This document shows, in pieces, positions 54,139 through 63,166 of a DNA stretch of 64,000 nucleotides. Origin of the DNA: Candidatus Limnocylindria bacterium (GTDB taxonomy: Bacteria > Methylomirabilota > Methylomirabilia > Rokubacteriales > CSP1-6). The position numbers and the translations under genes were made by a program. The notes beneath the pieces were generated by a model, which worked only from the letters and a program-made list of their open reading frames with translations, was not told the DNA's origin and ran no database searches. The stretch's first letter is position 1. Each line of letters opens with the position of its first letter. The stretch spans positions 2,309 through 66,308 of the forward strand of contig DATLFG010000064.1 of the NCBI GenBank assembly GCA_035524955.1. Direction: 5' to 3'.

Positions 54139-55554
54139 ATGGCGGGCATCGGCTTCCGCCTCAAGCGCCTCATCGTCGAGGACACCGGGACCGGCTGGCT
54201 GCGCGCGCACCTCTACGGCGCGGTGCTCGCCGCGGGTCCGTGGCTGCTCTCCATCGGCACCCTCGGGACGCTGGCCCTGCTCTCCCGCGACCTGATCGGC
54301 GACGCGGCGCACGCGCGCTTCCAGGTGATTGTGGTCTACACCTACACGTTCTCGCTGATCACCACCGGCGCCGCGCACATGGTGGTGACGCGCCAGCTCG
54401 CCGACGAGCTCTACGTGGGCCGCATCGGCACCCTCGTCGTCTCCTACCGCCTCACCGTCGGGGTGACCGCCCTCGCGCACCTGGCCCTGGGCGCGCTGTT
54501 CTACGCGCTGGCGCCCGGGCTCGAGCCGGCTCTGCGCGTGTTCGGGGTCATGCTGCTCGTGGTGGTGTCGTGCATCTGGATGGTGATGATCTACCTCGGC
54601 GCGGCCCAGGACTACGCGAGCGTGGTTGCCGCGTTCTTCGCGGGCAGCCTGGTGAGCCTGCTCGCGGCCCTGGCGCTCGGCCGTGGACTCGGCACGACCG
54701 GGTACCTGGGCGGCTTCCTGCTCGGGCAGGCGGGCATCCTCTTCGTGCTGTGCGCGCGGGTGGAGCGCGAGCTCGCGGCGGTGCGCATTCCGGAGGCGGT
54801 GAACCTCACCCACGCCTTCGTCCGCTACCCGGAGCTGATCGCGGCGGGGCTCCTCTACAACGCGGCCATCGCGGTGGACCGGATCGCGTTCTGGATCGCA
54901 CCGACCGGCCGGCCCATCGCGGGCTGGTTCCACGCCTCGCTCTACGACGCCCCGATCTTCCTGTGCTACCTTTCGGTGGTGCCGTCGCTCGCCATCTTCC
55001 TCGTCAGCGTCGAGACCGACTTCTACGATCGCTACCGAGAGTATTACGGCGTGGCCACCAAGCACGGCACGCTCCAGCAGGTCCTCGAGGCCAAGCGGGC
55101 CATGACCGCCTGCCTGCGCGACAGCCTGCGCCGCCTGCTGGTGGCCCAGGCTCCGCTGACCCTCCTGCTCATGGCGCTGGCGCCGTGGATCGCGGCCGGG
55201 CTCGGCCTCGACGGACTGCAGCTCGGGATCCTCCGCTGCGGTCTCGTGGGGGCGCTGCTGCACGTGCTGTGCCTCTTCGGGGGCATCGTGCTCCTCTACT
55301 TCGACCGGCGCCGCGCGGCCGCGGAGGTGGCGGGTGTCTTCTTGGCTGGCAACGCGGTCTTCACCGTGATCACGCTGCTGGTGGGCCCGCGCAGCTACGG
55401 GCTCGGCTACCCGCTCGCGGCCCTGCTCGGGTGCGTGTGGGCCTACCATCGCATCGAGCAGACCCTGGACGATCTGGAGTACCTGACGTTCGCGGGGCAG
55501 CCGATGGCGCCCGAGGCGTCGCCCGTCGAATCGAGCCCCACCGCGTCCGCCTGA
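54139..55554 (+). CDS. pelG: PelG polysaccharide export membrane protein
   Basis: MAGIGFRLKRLI N-terminus is characteristic of PelG. About 12 TM segments. 471 aa. Confidence 0.9.
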   Translation: MAGIGFRLKRLIVEDTGTGWLRAHLYGAVLAAGPWLLSIGTLGTLALLSRDLIGDAAHARFQVIVVYTYTFSLITTGAAHMVVTRQLADELYVGRIGTLVVSYRLTVGVTALAHLALGALFYALAPGLEPALRVFGVMLLVVVSCIWMVMIYLGAAQDYASVVAAFFAGSLVSLLAALALGRGLGTTGYLGGFLLGQAGILFVLCARVERELAAVRIPEAVNLTHAFVRYPELIAAGLLYNAAIAVDRIAFWIAPTGRPIAGWFHASLYDAPIFLCYLSVVPSLAIFLVSVETDFYDRYREYYGVATKHGTLQQVLEAKRAMTACLRDSLRRLLVAQAPLTLLLMALAPWIAAGLGLDGLQLGILRCGLVGALLHVLCLFGGIVLLYFDRRRAAAEVAGVFLAGNAVFTVITLLVGPRSYGLGYPLAALLGCVWAYHRIEQTLDDLEYLTFAGQPMAPEASPVESSPTASA

Positions 55555-55606
55555 TGGCACACCGGTCGGCGGGGGAAGCCGCGCTGGTGCGGCGCTCCGG
55601 GGCCGC

Positions 55607-56797
55607 GTGGTTCCGGGGCTGATCGTGGTGCCCCGCTCCCGCGCCGACTGGGTTCTGCCGACCTCGATGCTGCTGGGCACCTTCGCGTGGTCGTTCGTGT
55701 ACGTGAGCCTGCCCTTCCACATCCAGAAGATGTCCCCGCTGGACCCGGCCGGGACGCTCCGCTGGACGGGGTGGATCCTCGGCATCAGCCCGCTCATCAC
55801 GGTCGTCACCGCGCCGATCTCGGGCCGCATCGGTGAGCACGTGGATCCCAAGCGCGGGTTCATCGCGGTGCAGGCCTTGCAGGGGCTGGGCTTCCTCGGC
55901 ATGGCGCTCGCGCGCACGCTGCCCGAGATGCTGATCGCCCGCGTCCTCCTGGGGCTGATGGGGGCGGTGTCCACCTTCGCGTTCATCATGGTCGGGCGCT
56001 CGGGCGGCGACGTGCGGCGCCAGGTGTCGTACATCCAGTCCGGCATGACGCTGGGGCAGGTCCTGGGGCCGGCGCTCGGGGCGGTGGTGGCGGCGCGCCT
56101 CGGGTTCCGGCTGTCCTTCATCCTGGGCGGGGTGATGCTCTGGGCCTGCTCGGCCCTGGTGGCCTGGGGCGTGCCGGCCGGCCGGCCCCACGATGCCAAG
56201 GCGACGGGCGCGCGGCGGACGTCGCCGCGCGAGCTCGTGAAGGTGTGCCTGCTGGTGCTCGCGGGATCGACGCAGATCTTCTTCCTCGCCGCGATCCTCC
56301 CGCAGATCCTCCCGGCCCTCGGGGTGCCCGCGGATTCCACGCTCGAGTTGGGCGGGCTCCTGCTCCTGATCACCGGGCTGGCCGCCGCGCTCGGCGCGAT
56401 GGCGGCGCCGCGGCTGGCCGACGCGGTCGGCGACCGACGCGCGGTGCTCTGGTTCCTCCTGTGCTCCTCGGTGCTGCTGGCCGCGCTCGGGGTCGCGGGC
56501 AACGTGTGGAGCTTCGGCGCGCTGCGCTTCCTGCAGGTGCTCTGCATCGCGCCGGTCTTCCCCCTCTCGGTGGCGGCGATCGCGCAGCGGGCGTCCGGGG
56601 AAGCCATCGGCTTCGTCAACTCGGCGCGGATCGGGGCGGCCTTCGTCGGGCCGGTCGCCGCGACGACGCTGCTGGCGTCCATGCCGCCCGCCGCGGTCTA
56701 CCTGGCCCTGGCCGGGATGGGGCTGGCGGTGGTTCCGCTCGTGGCGGGGTTCAACCGCCGCGCACGACCGTGGGACGAGGGAGGTCGGAGCGCGTGA
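55607..56797 (+). CDS. MFS transporter
   Basis: 396 aa, about 12 TM segments. MFS loop motif GRIGEHVDPKRG. The start is approximate (GTG 55607, 55625 or 55628). Confidence 0.8.
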   Translation: MVPGLIVVPRSRADWVLPTSMLLGTFAWSFVYVSLPFHIQKMSPLDPAGTLRWTGWILGISPLITVVTAPISGRIGEHVDPKRGFIAVQALQGLGFLGMALARTLPEMLIARVLLGLMGAVSTFAFIMVGRSGGDVRRQVSYIQSGMTLGQVLGPALGAVVAARLGFRLSFILGGVMLWACSALVAWGVPAGRPHDAKATGARRTSPRELVKVCLLVLAGSTQIFFLAAILPQILPALGVPADSTLELGGLLLLITGLAAALGAMAAPRLADAVGDRRAVLWFLLCSSVLLAALGVAGNVWSFGALRFLQVLCIAPVFPLSVAAIAQRASGEAIGFVNSARIGAAFVGPVAATTLLASMPPAAVYLALAGMGLAVVPLVAGFNRRARPWDEGGRSA

Positions 56798-57897
56798 GCC
56801 AGGACGAGCTGGTCCGGCTGTCGGAAGTCCGCATGGAGCACGTGGGCAAGCGCTACGGCGACCACTGGGCGGTACAGGACGTCTCGCTCTCGATCCGCCC
56901 CGGCGAGTTCTACACGCTGCTGGGGCCGTCCGGCTCCGGCAAGACCACGCTGCTCCGGCTGCTCGCCGGGTTCATCACGCCCGACACCGGCCGCATCATC
57001 GTCGACGACGAGCCGATCGATCCGGTGCCGCCGTGGAAGCGCAACCTGGGCATGGTCTTCCAGCACGACGCGCTGTGGCCGCACCTCTCCGTGTTCGAGA
57101 ACGTGGCCTTCGGCCTGCGCGAGCGCGGTGTGAGCGGCGAGCCGCTGCGGGCGCGGGTGACCGCCGCCCTCGGCCAGGTGGGCCTGGCCGGCTTCGAGGG
57201 ACGCCGGCCGTCCCAGCTCTCTGGGAGCCAGCCGCAGCGCGTGGCGCTGGCGCGGGCCCTGATCATCCAGCCCCGCCTGCTCCTGCTCGACGAGCCGCTC
57301 GCCGACCTGGACGCGAGGCAGCGATCGCCGATGCGGCTCGATCTAGCGCGACTGCACCGCGACATGGGCATCACCACGGTCCACGTCACCCGCGACCAGG
57401 CGGAGGCGCTCGCCCTCTCCGCGCGCATCGCGGTGCTGAGCCAGGGCCGGATCGTGCAGGAAGGCCGGCCCGAGGAGATCTACTGGCGGCCGCGCAACCG
57501 GTTCGTGGCCGAGTTCGTGGGCGCCGCCAACCTGGTGGCGGTGCGGGTGGTGGAGGTGCGCGAGCTGGGCGTGGTGGTCGAGACCGCGGGCGGCTCGCGC
57601 ATCCCGGTGGCGTCGGGCGGGCATGCGTGGGCGGTGGAGGACCGGGGGCTCCTCTGCCTCCGGCCGGAGGCGCTGCGGCTCGAGGAGGCCGAGCGCGCGG
57701 CGGGGGGACTCCGCGGCAAGGTGGCCGGACACGTGTTCGAGGGCGCGCGCCAGCTGTACGACGTCGCCATCGCGGGCGGCACCGTGCGGGTGGAGATGAT
57801 CACCTCCGCGCAACAGGGCCGCAGCTTCAACCCCGGCGACGACGTCAAGATCGAGATCTCCCCGGAGACGAGCGTGCTGCTGCCCGCCGAGCCCTGA
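56794..57897 (+). CDS. ABC transporter ATP-binding protein (PotA/FbpC/MalK type, TOBE C-terminus), no cognate permease adjacent
   Basis: GTGA overlap with the MFS gene. GPSGSGKTT, LSGSQPQR, LLLLDEP motifs. Confidence 0.85.
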   Translation: MSQDELVRLSEVRMEHVGKRYGDHWAVQDVSLSIRPGEFYTLLGPSGSGKTTLLRLLAGFITPDTGRIIVDDEPIDPVPPWKRNLGMVFQHDALWPHLSVFENVAFGLRERGVSGEPLRARVTAALGQVGLAGFEGRRPSQLSGSQPQRVALARALIIQPRLLLLDEPLADLDARQRSPMRLDLARLHRDMGITTVHVTRDQAEALALSARIAVLSQGRIVQEGRPEEIYWRPRNRFVAEFVGAANLVAVRVVEVRELGVVVETAGGSRIPVASGGHAWAVEDRGLLCLRPEALRLEEAERAAGGLRGKVAGHVFEGARQLYDVAIAGGTVRVEMITSAQQGRSFNPGDDVKIEISPETSVLLPAEP

Positions 57898-58030
57898 ACG
57901 AGTGTCCGGGCCTGCTGACCACCGCTTACTTCTTCAAGCTCTCCATATGCGGGGGCCCGGACATGGCCCCCGCACTCCCCCAGTTTGCGGACAACCGTTT
58001 CGGTGTAATCTTCGGCCCCGGGAGGCCGTC

Positions 58031-58345
58031 ATGACCGATATCAGCCCGCAGGATCTGAAGGCAAAGCTCGATCGCCGGGATCCGATCGTGTTGCTCGACG
58101 TGCGCGAGGACTGGGAGACCGCGCTCTGCCGTCTCGAGAACGCGACCCACATCCCGATCGAGGAGATCGAGTTCCGCACCACCGAGCTCGATCCCGCCGA
58201 CGAGATCGTGGTGTACTGCCATCACGGGGTACGCAGCGCCGCGGTCGCGAACTTTCTCCGCCAGCAGGGCTACAAGGCGGTGAACCTCGCGGGCGGCCTC
58301 GATCTCTGGGCCCGCTCCATCGAGCCGAGGATGAAACGCTACTAG
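58031..58345 (+). CDS. Rhodanese-like domain protein
   Basis: 104 aa. Active-site loop CHHGVRS. GGAGG SD. Confidence 0.85.
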   Translation: MTDISPQDLKAKLDRRDPIVLLDVREDWETALCRLENATHIPIEEIEFRTTELDPADEIVVYCHHGVRSAAVANFLRQQGYKAVNLAGGLDLWARSIEPRMKRY

Positions 58346-58355
58346 CCAGAGGGGT

Positions 58356-59132
58356 ATGCGAGTGAAGCCCGACTTTGTCCGGGTTCACCGCGAGGGCGGC
58401 CTCGCGTGGGTGACGATGGACCGGCCCCCGCTCAACCTGATCGTGCCCGAGATGGTGGAGGGGATCCGGAGCACGTTCGACGCGCTCCGCCGCGACCCGG
58501 ACGTGCGGCTCGCGGTCATCCGCGGCGCCGGGCGCGTCACCACCGGGGGCATGCAGCTCCAGGTGCTCCGGGAGCTCACCCCGGCCGGCGCGAAGGCGTT
58601 CATCGCGAGCCTGCACGAGGCGATCAACCTGGTGCACGACGCGCCCTTCCCGACGATCGGCATGGTCCACGGCGCCTGTCTCGGCGCGGGCTTCGAGCTG
58701 GCGATGGCCTGTGACCTCCGCACCGCGGCCGCCCGGACCCGGCTGGGGCTGCCCGAGATCCGGGTCGGCATCCCCTCGGTGATCGAGGCGGCGCTGCTGC
58801 CGGGCTTCGTGGGCCCCGGGCGCGCGGCGGAGATGCTCCTGACCGGTGAGAGCGTCACCGCGGCCCAGGCCCTCGAGTGGGGCCTCGTGAACCGGGTGGC
58901 GCCGGCCGGCGAGCTGCGCGCGGTCACCGCGGAGCTGGCCGCGCGCATCCTCGAGTGCGCGCCGACCGCGGTGCGCCTGCAGAAGGAGCTGATCGTCCGC
59001 TGGCGCAATACCGACCAGCGGACAGCGGTGGAGTCCGGCGTCAACGTCTTCGCACAGTCGTTCGCCACCGGCGAGCCGCGCGAGGCCATGGACGCTTTTC
59101 TCGGCAAGCGCAAGCCCCGCTTCGCCCGGTGA
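58356..59132 (+). CDS. Enoyl-CoA hydratase/isomerase family protein
   Basis: Crotonase fold motifs ...GACLGAGFELAMACD... 258 aa. Confidence 0.85.
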   Translation: MRVKPDFVRVHREGGLAWVTMDRPPLNLIVPEMVEGIRSTFDALRRDPDVRLAVIRGAGRVTTGGMQLQVLRELTPAGAKAFIASLHEAINLVHDAPFPTIGMVHGACLGAGFELAMACDLRTAAARTRLGLPEIRVGIPSVIEAALLPGFVGPGRAAEMLLTGESVTAAQALEWGLVNRVAPAGELRAVTAELAARILECAPTAVRLQKELIVRWRNTDQRTAVESGVNVFAQSFATGEPREAMDAFLGKRKPRFAR

Positions 59133-59884
59133 TCCGCCTCGTCACGTTCGACTTCTGGGACACCCTCGTCACGGATTCTCCGGACAACCTCCGCGCGCAG
59201 CGGACCCTGCGCGTCACCGCGATCCGGCGGGCCCTCGAGGAGGCGGGCGCGCCGGTGACCGAGGCCGACGCGGAGGACGTGCACGAGCGCTCCGGGCTGC
59301 GGCTGGCCGAGCGCTACTGGAGCCACAACCGTGACCCCAGCCCCGCCGAGCAGCTCCGGATCGTGCTCGACACGAGCGGCCCCGGGACCGCCGCGCGGCT
59401 CACGCCCGCCGGCTTCGCGGCGGCGCTCGAGGCGTACATCTCGCCGGTGCTCGCGCACCCACCCGACCTGTGTCCGGGCGCCGCCGCGGCGGTGCGGGAG
59501 CTGGCCGCGCGCGGCGTGAGCCTCGGCATCGTCTCGAATACCGGGCGCACGCCCGGCCTGATCCTGCGGCGGGTCCTCGAGCGCCACGGCCTGCTCCGGC
59601 ACTTCGCGGTCATCTCGTACTCGGACGAGATCGGGGTGCGCAAGCCCGACGCCGAGATCTTCCGGAGCACGCTCGCCCGGGCCGGGGTGGCGCCGGAGCA
59701 GGCGGTGCACATCGGCGACAATCCCGAGGCCGACGTCGTCGGCGCCCAGGCCGTGGGCATGCGGGGCGCCCACTACACCGCCGGCTTCCGGGCGCCCGCG
59801 GCGGGCGCGGATCTCCTCATCCCCGATCTCGCGATGCTGCCGACCGAGGTTTTTCGTATTGCCCGGCGCGAGTCCGGCGGGTAA
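59129..59884 (+). CDS. HAD family hydrolase
   Basis: GTGA overlap. VTFDFWDTLV motif I, IVSNTG motif II, and HIGDNPEADVVGA motif IV. Confidence 0.8.
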   Translation: MIRLVTFDFWDTLVTDSPDNLRAQRTLRVTAIRRALEEAGAPVTEADAEDVHERSGLRLAERYWSHNRDPSPAEQLRIVLDTSGPGTAARLTPAGFAAALEAYISPVLAHPPDLCPGAAAAVRELAARGVSLGIVSNTGRTPGLILRRVLERHGLLRHFAVISYSDEIGVRKPDAEIFRSTLARAGVAPEQAVHIGDNPEADVVGAQAVGMRGAHYTAGFRAPAAGADLLIPDLAMLPTEVFRIARRESGG

Positions 59885-59885
59885 C

Positions 59886-60422
59886 ATGCCTGCCGCGATG
59901 GATCTGGGAGAGCTTCGCGCGAAGATCCGGGATATCAAGGATTTCCCCACCGAAGGCATCCTGTTCAAGGACATCACGACGCTGCTCAAGGACGGCCCGG
60001 CCTGGGCCTCCGTGATCGACCACCTGGCCGCCCGCTACCACACCGCGCGGGTGGACGTGGTCGTGGGGGTGGAGTCGCGGGGATTCATCTTCGGCGGCGC
60101 GCTCGCACATCAGCTCAAGGCGGGCTTCGTGCCCGTCCGCAAGCGGGGCAAGCTGCCGGCTCCCACGATCGAGGAGGAGTACGCGCTGGAGTACGGGCGC
60201 GACGTGCTGGCCATCCACGAGGACGCGGTGGGACGCGGGCAGCGCGTGCTGGTCGTGGACGATCTGCTCGCCACCGGCGGCACCATGGCCGCGACGCTCC
60301 GGCTGCTGACCCGTCTCGGCGCGACGGTGGTGGGGACCACGTTCCTGATCGAGCTGGCCTTCCTGAAGGGGCGGGAGCGCCTCAAGGGCTACCCGATCGA
60401 CTCCCTGATCGTCTATCAGTAG
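59886..60422 (+). CDS. apt: Adenine phosphoribosyltransferase
   Basis: IRDIKDFPTEGILFKDIT and the PRPP motif VLVVDDLLATGGT. The start is ATG 59886 or 59898. Confidence 0.9.
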   Translation: MPAAMDLGELRAKIRDIKDFPTEGILFKDITTLLKDGPAWASVIDHLAARYHTARVDVVVGVESRGFIFGGALAHQLKAGFVPVRKRGKLPAPTIEEEYALEYGRDVLAIHEDAVGRGQRVLVVDDLLATGGTMAATLRLLTRLGATVVGTTFLIELAFLKGRERLKGYPIDSLIVYQ

Positions 60423-60464
60423 GGGCTCGCCAGTGGTTGTATGATGGGGGCTGGAGGGAGCCAC

Positions 60465-60818
60465 ATGATCGAGCGCGCGATGCTGGGAGGAATGCTGGTG
60501 GTGGCGGCGGGGCTCGCCTCGCCGGTGGAGGTCCGGGCGCAGGAGACGGAGGCGCCGAGGCCCTCGGTGATCTTCAACCTGATCAACCGGCCCAGTGCGA
60601 CCGTCGAGTCCCGGGAGCGAGCCTTCAACGAGGCGATCAAGCAGGACGCCCTGGCTCCGAAGCCGTCGCCGCTGGACGAGTGGGAGCCGCAGCCGGACGG
60701 ATCGATGCGCAACAAGAAGAGTGGGATCATCGTCACCGTGAGGAACCCGTGCCCGCCCGGCGACATCGAGCACGAGTTCGCGCTGGCCGCGTACAACCGG
60801 TCGCGATCCCGCCGCTGA
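60465..60818 (+). CDS. Hypothetical secreted protein
   Basis: GGAGGGAG SD 5 nt upstream. Signal peptide MIERAMLGGMLVVAAGLASPVEVRA. Confidence 0.5.
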   Translation: MIERAMLGGMLVVAAGLASPVEVRAQETEAPRPSVIFNLINRPSATVESRERAFNEAIKQDALAPKPSPLDEWEPQPDGSMRNKKSGIIVTVRNPCPPGDIEHEFALAAYNRSRSRR

Positions 60819-60896
60819 GCGTCGAGCCGAGCCCTTCCGCGCGAGTCTGATCGGCCGGCCGACCGGGCCCGCCCGCGACCAGGAGAGTCACCAGCC

Positions 60897-61754
60897 ATGG
60901 CCATACGGAACGTCGGGGTGCTGGGCTGCGGTCTGATGGGATCGGGAATCGTCCAGGTGGCCGCGCAGGCGGGCTTCGCGACGGTGGTGGCGGAGGCGAG
61001 CCAGGAGCTGCTCGACCGCGGGCTCGGCGGGCTGCGCACGAGCCTCGACGTGCTGGTGGCCAAGGCCCGGCTCGACGAGAAGACCCGCGATGAGATCCTG
61101 GGCCGGATCAAGGGCGTGGTGGGGCTCGAGGCCTTCCGCGACTGCGACCTCGTGATCGAGGCCATCACGGAGAACCAGCCGCTCAAGAACGAGACCTTCG
61201 CCAAGCTCGACCGGATCTGCCCACCTCACGCGCTGCTGGCCTCGAACACCTCGTCGTGCAACATCACCGCGATGGCCGCGGCCACCCGGCGACCCGCGCA
61301 GGTGCTGGGCCTGCACTTCTTCAACCCGGTACCGCTGATGAAGCTGGTGGAGGTCGTCCAGACCATCCTCACCGAGGAGAAGAGCGTGCTGGCGGCCTAC
61401 GAATGGGTCCAGGCGGTGGGCAAGGTGCCGGTGCGCGCCAAGGACTCAACCGCCTTCATCGTCAACCGGCTGCTCGTGCCCTACCTGCTCGACGCCATCC
61501 GCGTCTACGAGGGCGGGCTGGCCTCGCTCGAGGACATCGATCAGGCCATGAAGCTCGGCTGCGGCTATCCGATGGGGCCGTTCACCCTGCTCGACCTGGT
61601 GGGCCTCGACACCACCATGTACGTGGCCGAGGTCATGTTCGACGAGTACCGCGAACCCCGCTACGCCCCCCCACCGCTACTGAAACGCATGGTGATGGCC
61701 GGGCAGCTCGGTCGCAAGTCCGGCCGGGGGTTCTATGACTACAGCCGCAAGTGA
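60897..61754 (+). CDS. hbd: 3-hydroxybutyryl-CoA dehydrogenase
   Basis: VGVLGCGLMGSGI NAD motif. HFFNPVPLMKLVE and NRLLVPYL motifs. 285 aa. Confidence 0.9.
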   Translation: MAIRNVGVLGCGLMGSGIVQVAAQAGFATVVAEASQELLDRGLGGLRTSLDVLVAKARLDEKTRDEILGRIKGVVGLEAFRDCDLVIEAITENQPLKNETFAKLDRICPPHALLASNTSSCNITAMAAATRRPAQVLGLHFFNPVPLMKLVEVVQTILTEEKSVLAAYEWVQAVGKVPVRAKDSTAFIVNRLLVPYLLDAIRVYEGGLASLEDIDQAMKLGCGYPMGPFTLLDLVGLDTTMYVAEVMFDEYREPRYAPPPLLKRMVMAGQLGRKSGRGFYDYSRK

Positions 61755-61839
61755 GCGGCAGGGAGGATGCGGGCGCGCGGGGGGCCGCGACCTGGTCGGC
61801 CCACGGTCAACATGGCTTGGCCATGTTGAGGCTGAAGGC

Positions 61840-61899
61840 ATGGCCGGGCAGCTCGGTCGCAAGTCCGGCAAGGGCTTCTACGACTACTCGAAGAAGTAG
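61840..61899 (+). pseudogene. Remnant duplicate of the last 19 codons of hbd
   Basis: ATGGCCGGGCAGCTCGGTCGCAAGTCCGGC is identical over 30 nt to 61695-61724. It encodes MAGQLGRKSGKGFYDYSKK, versus MAGQLGRKSGRGFYDYSRK at the end of hbd. Confidence 0.7.
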
Positions 61900-61917
61900 C
61901 CGCAAGCGCCCGGCGAC

Positions 61918-63063
61918 ATGAGCCATCTCTACTACCTGAGCGACGACCAGCGGACCATCCGCGACCTCGCCCGGGAGATCGCCCGTGAGCGGATCGCCCC
62001 GTTCGCGGCCCACGTGGACGACACCGGGGACTACCCGCACGAGCAGCTCAAGCTGCTGGGCCAGCAGGGGCTCATGGGGCTCCACATTCCGGAAGCCTAC
62101 GGGGGCACCGCGTCAGGCTCGCTCGCCTTCTGCCTAGCCGCCGAGGAGGTGGCCTGGGCCTGCGCCGCCACCTCCACGATCTTCCTGGTCCAGAATCTCG
62201 GCGGCTACCCGATCATCTTCGCGGGCAGCGAGGAGCAGAAGCGGCGCTATCTGCCGAAGCTCGCCTCCGGCGAGATGACCGCGGCCTTCTCGCTCTCCGA
62301 ACCCGGCGCGGGCTCCGACGCGGCCGCGATGACCTGCCGGGCCGTGCGGCAGGGCGACCGCTACGTGCTGAACGGCTCCAAGATGTGGGTGACCAACGGC
62401 TCGCACGCGGGGATCATCACGGTGTTCGTCACCACCGACCCCGGCAAGCGGGCCAAGGGCGTGACCGCGCTCCTGATCGAGCCCGGGCTCAAGGGCTTCA
62501 CGGTCGGGAAGGCGGAGCGCAAGCTCGGCATCCACGGCTCGCCCACGGTGGCGCTCCACTTCAGCGATTGCGAGGTCCCGGTGGAGAACCGGCTCGGCGA
62601 GGAAGGGGAGGGCTTCAAGGTGGCGATGCAGACCCTCGAGCAATCGCGCCCCACCATCGGCGCGCAGGCGGTGGGCATCGCGCAGGCCGCGCTCGACGCG
62701 GCGGTCGCGTACGCCAAGGAGCGCCGCGCCTTCGACCAGCCCATCGCCGCGTTCCAGGGCATCCAGTTCATGCTGGCCGACATGGCAATCGCGGTGCACG
62801 CCTCGCGCCTCGTCGTCCACCACGCCGCCTCGCTGATCGACCACGGGATCACCGGCGCCGCGCTCGAGTCCTCGGCGGCCAAGTGCCTGGCGTCGGACAC
62901 CGCCATGAAGGCGGCCACCGACGCGGTGCAGATCCTGGGGGGCTACGGCTACACGAAGGAGTTCCCGGTGGAGCGCTTCATGCGCGACGCCAAGGTCACC
63001 CAGATCTACGAGGGCACGAACCAGATCCAGCGGGTGGTCATCGCCCAGCAGCTCCTGGGCTAG
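61918..63063 (+). CDS. Acyl-CoA dehydrogenase (short/butyryl-chain type)
   Basis: 381 aa. ...FSLSEPGAGSDAAAM..., ...QILGGYGYTKEFPVERFMRDAKVTQIYEGTNQIQ... with the catalytic Glu in YEGT. Confidence 0.9.
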   Translation: MSHLYYLSDDQRTIRDLAREIARERIAPFAAHVDDTGDYPHEQLKLLGQQGLMGLHIPEAYGGTASGSLAFCLAAEEVAWACAATSTIFLVQNLGGYPIIFAGSEEQKRRYLPKLASGEMTAAFSLSEPGAGSDAAAMTCRAVRQGDRYVLNGSKMWVTNGSHAGIITVFVTTDPGKRAKGVTALLIEPGLKGFTVGKAERKLGIHGSPTVALHFSDCEVPVENRLGEEGEGFKVAMQTLEQSRPTIGAQAVGIAQAALDAAVAYAKERRAFDQPIAAFQGIQFMLADMAIAVHASRLVVHHAASLIDHGITGAALESSAAKCLASDTAMKAATDAVQILGGYGYTKEFPVERFMRDAKVTQIYEGTNQIQRVVIAQQLLG

Positions 63064-63102
63064 CCCGCCGCCCCGTCTTGACGGATCGGCTCGTGGCCAG
63101 AC

Positions 63103-63127
63103 CATACTTGACCAATGGTCAAGTATG
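63103..63127. promoter_or_regulatory. Perfect 25-bp palindrome, candidate TetR-family operator
   Basis: CATACTTGACCA-A-TGGTCAAGTATG. Ends 4 nt upstream of the -35 of the TetR promoter. Confidence 0.6.
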
Positions 63128-63131
63128 ACGG

Positions 63132-63160
63132 TTGACACCGTGGCGTGGGTTGGCTATAAG
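63132..63160 (+). promoter_or_regulatory. Near-consensus sigma70 promoter, apparently leaderless, for the TetR gene
   Basis: TTGACA (63132-63137), 17 nt, TATAAG (63155-63160). The ATG at 63167 is only 6 nt downstream. Confidence 0.55.
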
Positions 63161-63166
63161 CGACCT

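Noticed and set aside
54100-56682. 860-aa minus-strand ORF across pelG and the MFS gene
   Set aside because: It is antisense to two polytopic membrane protein genes with convincing hydrophobic periodicity, and its composition is shadow-like.
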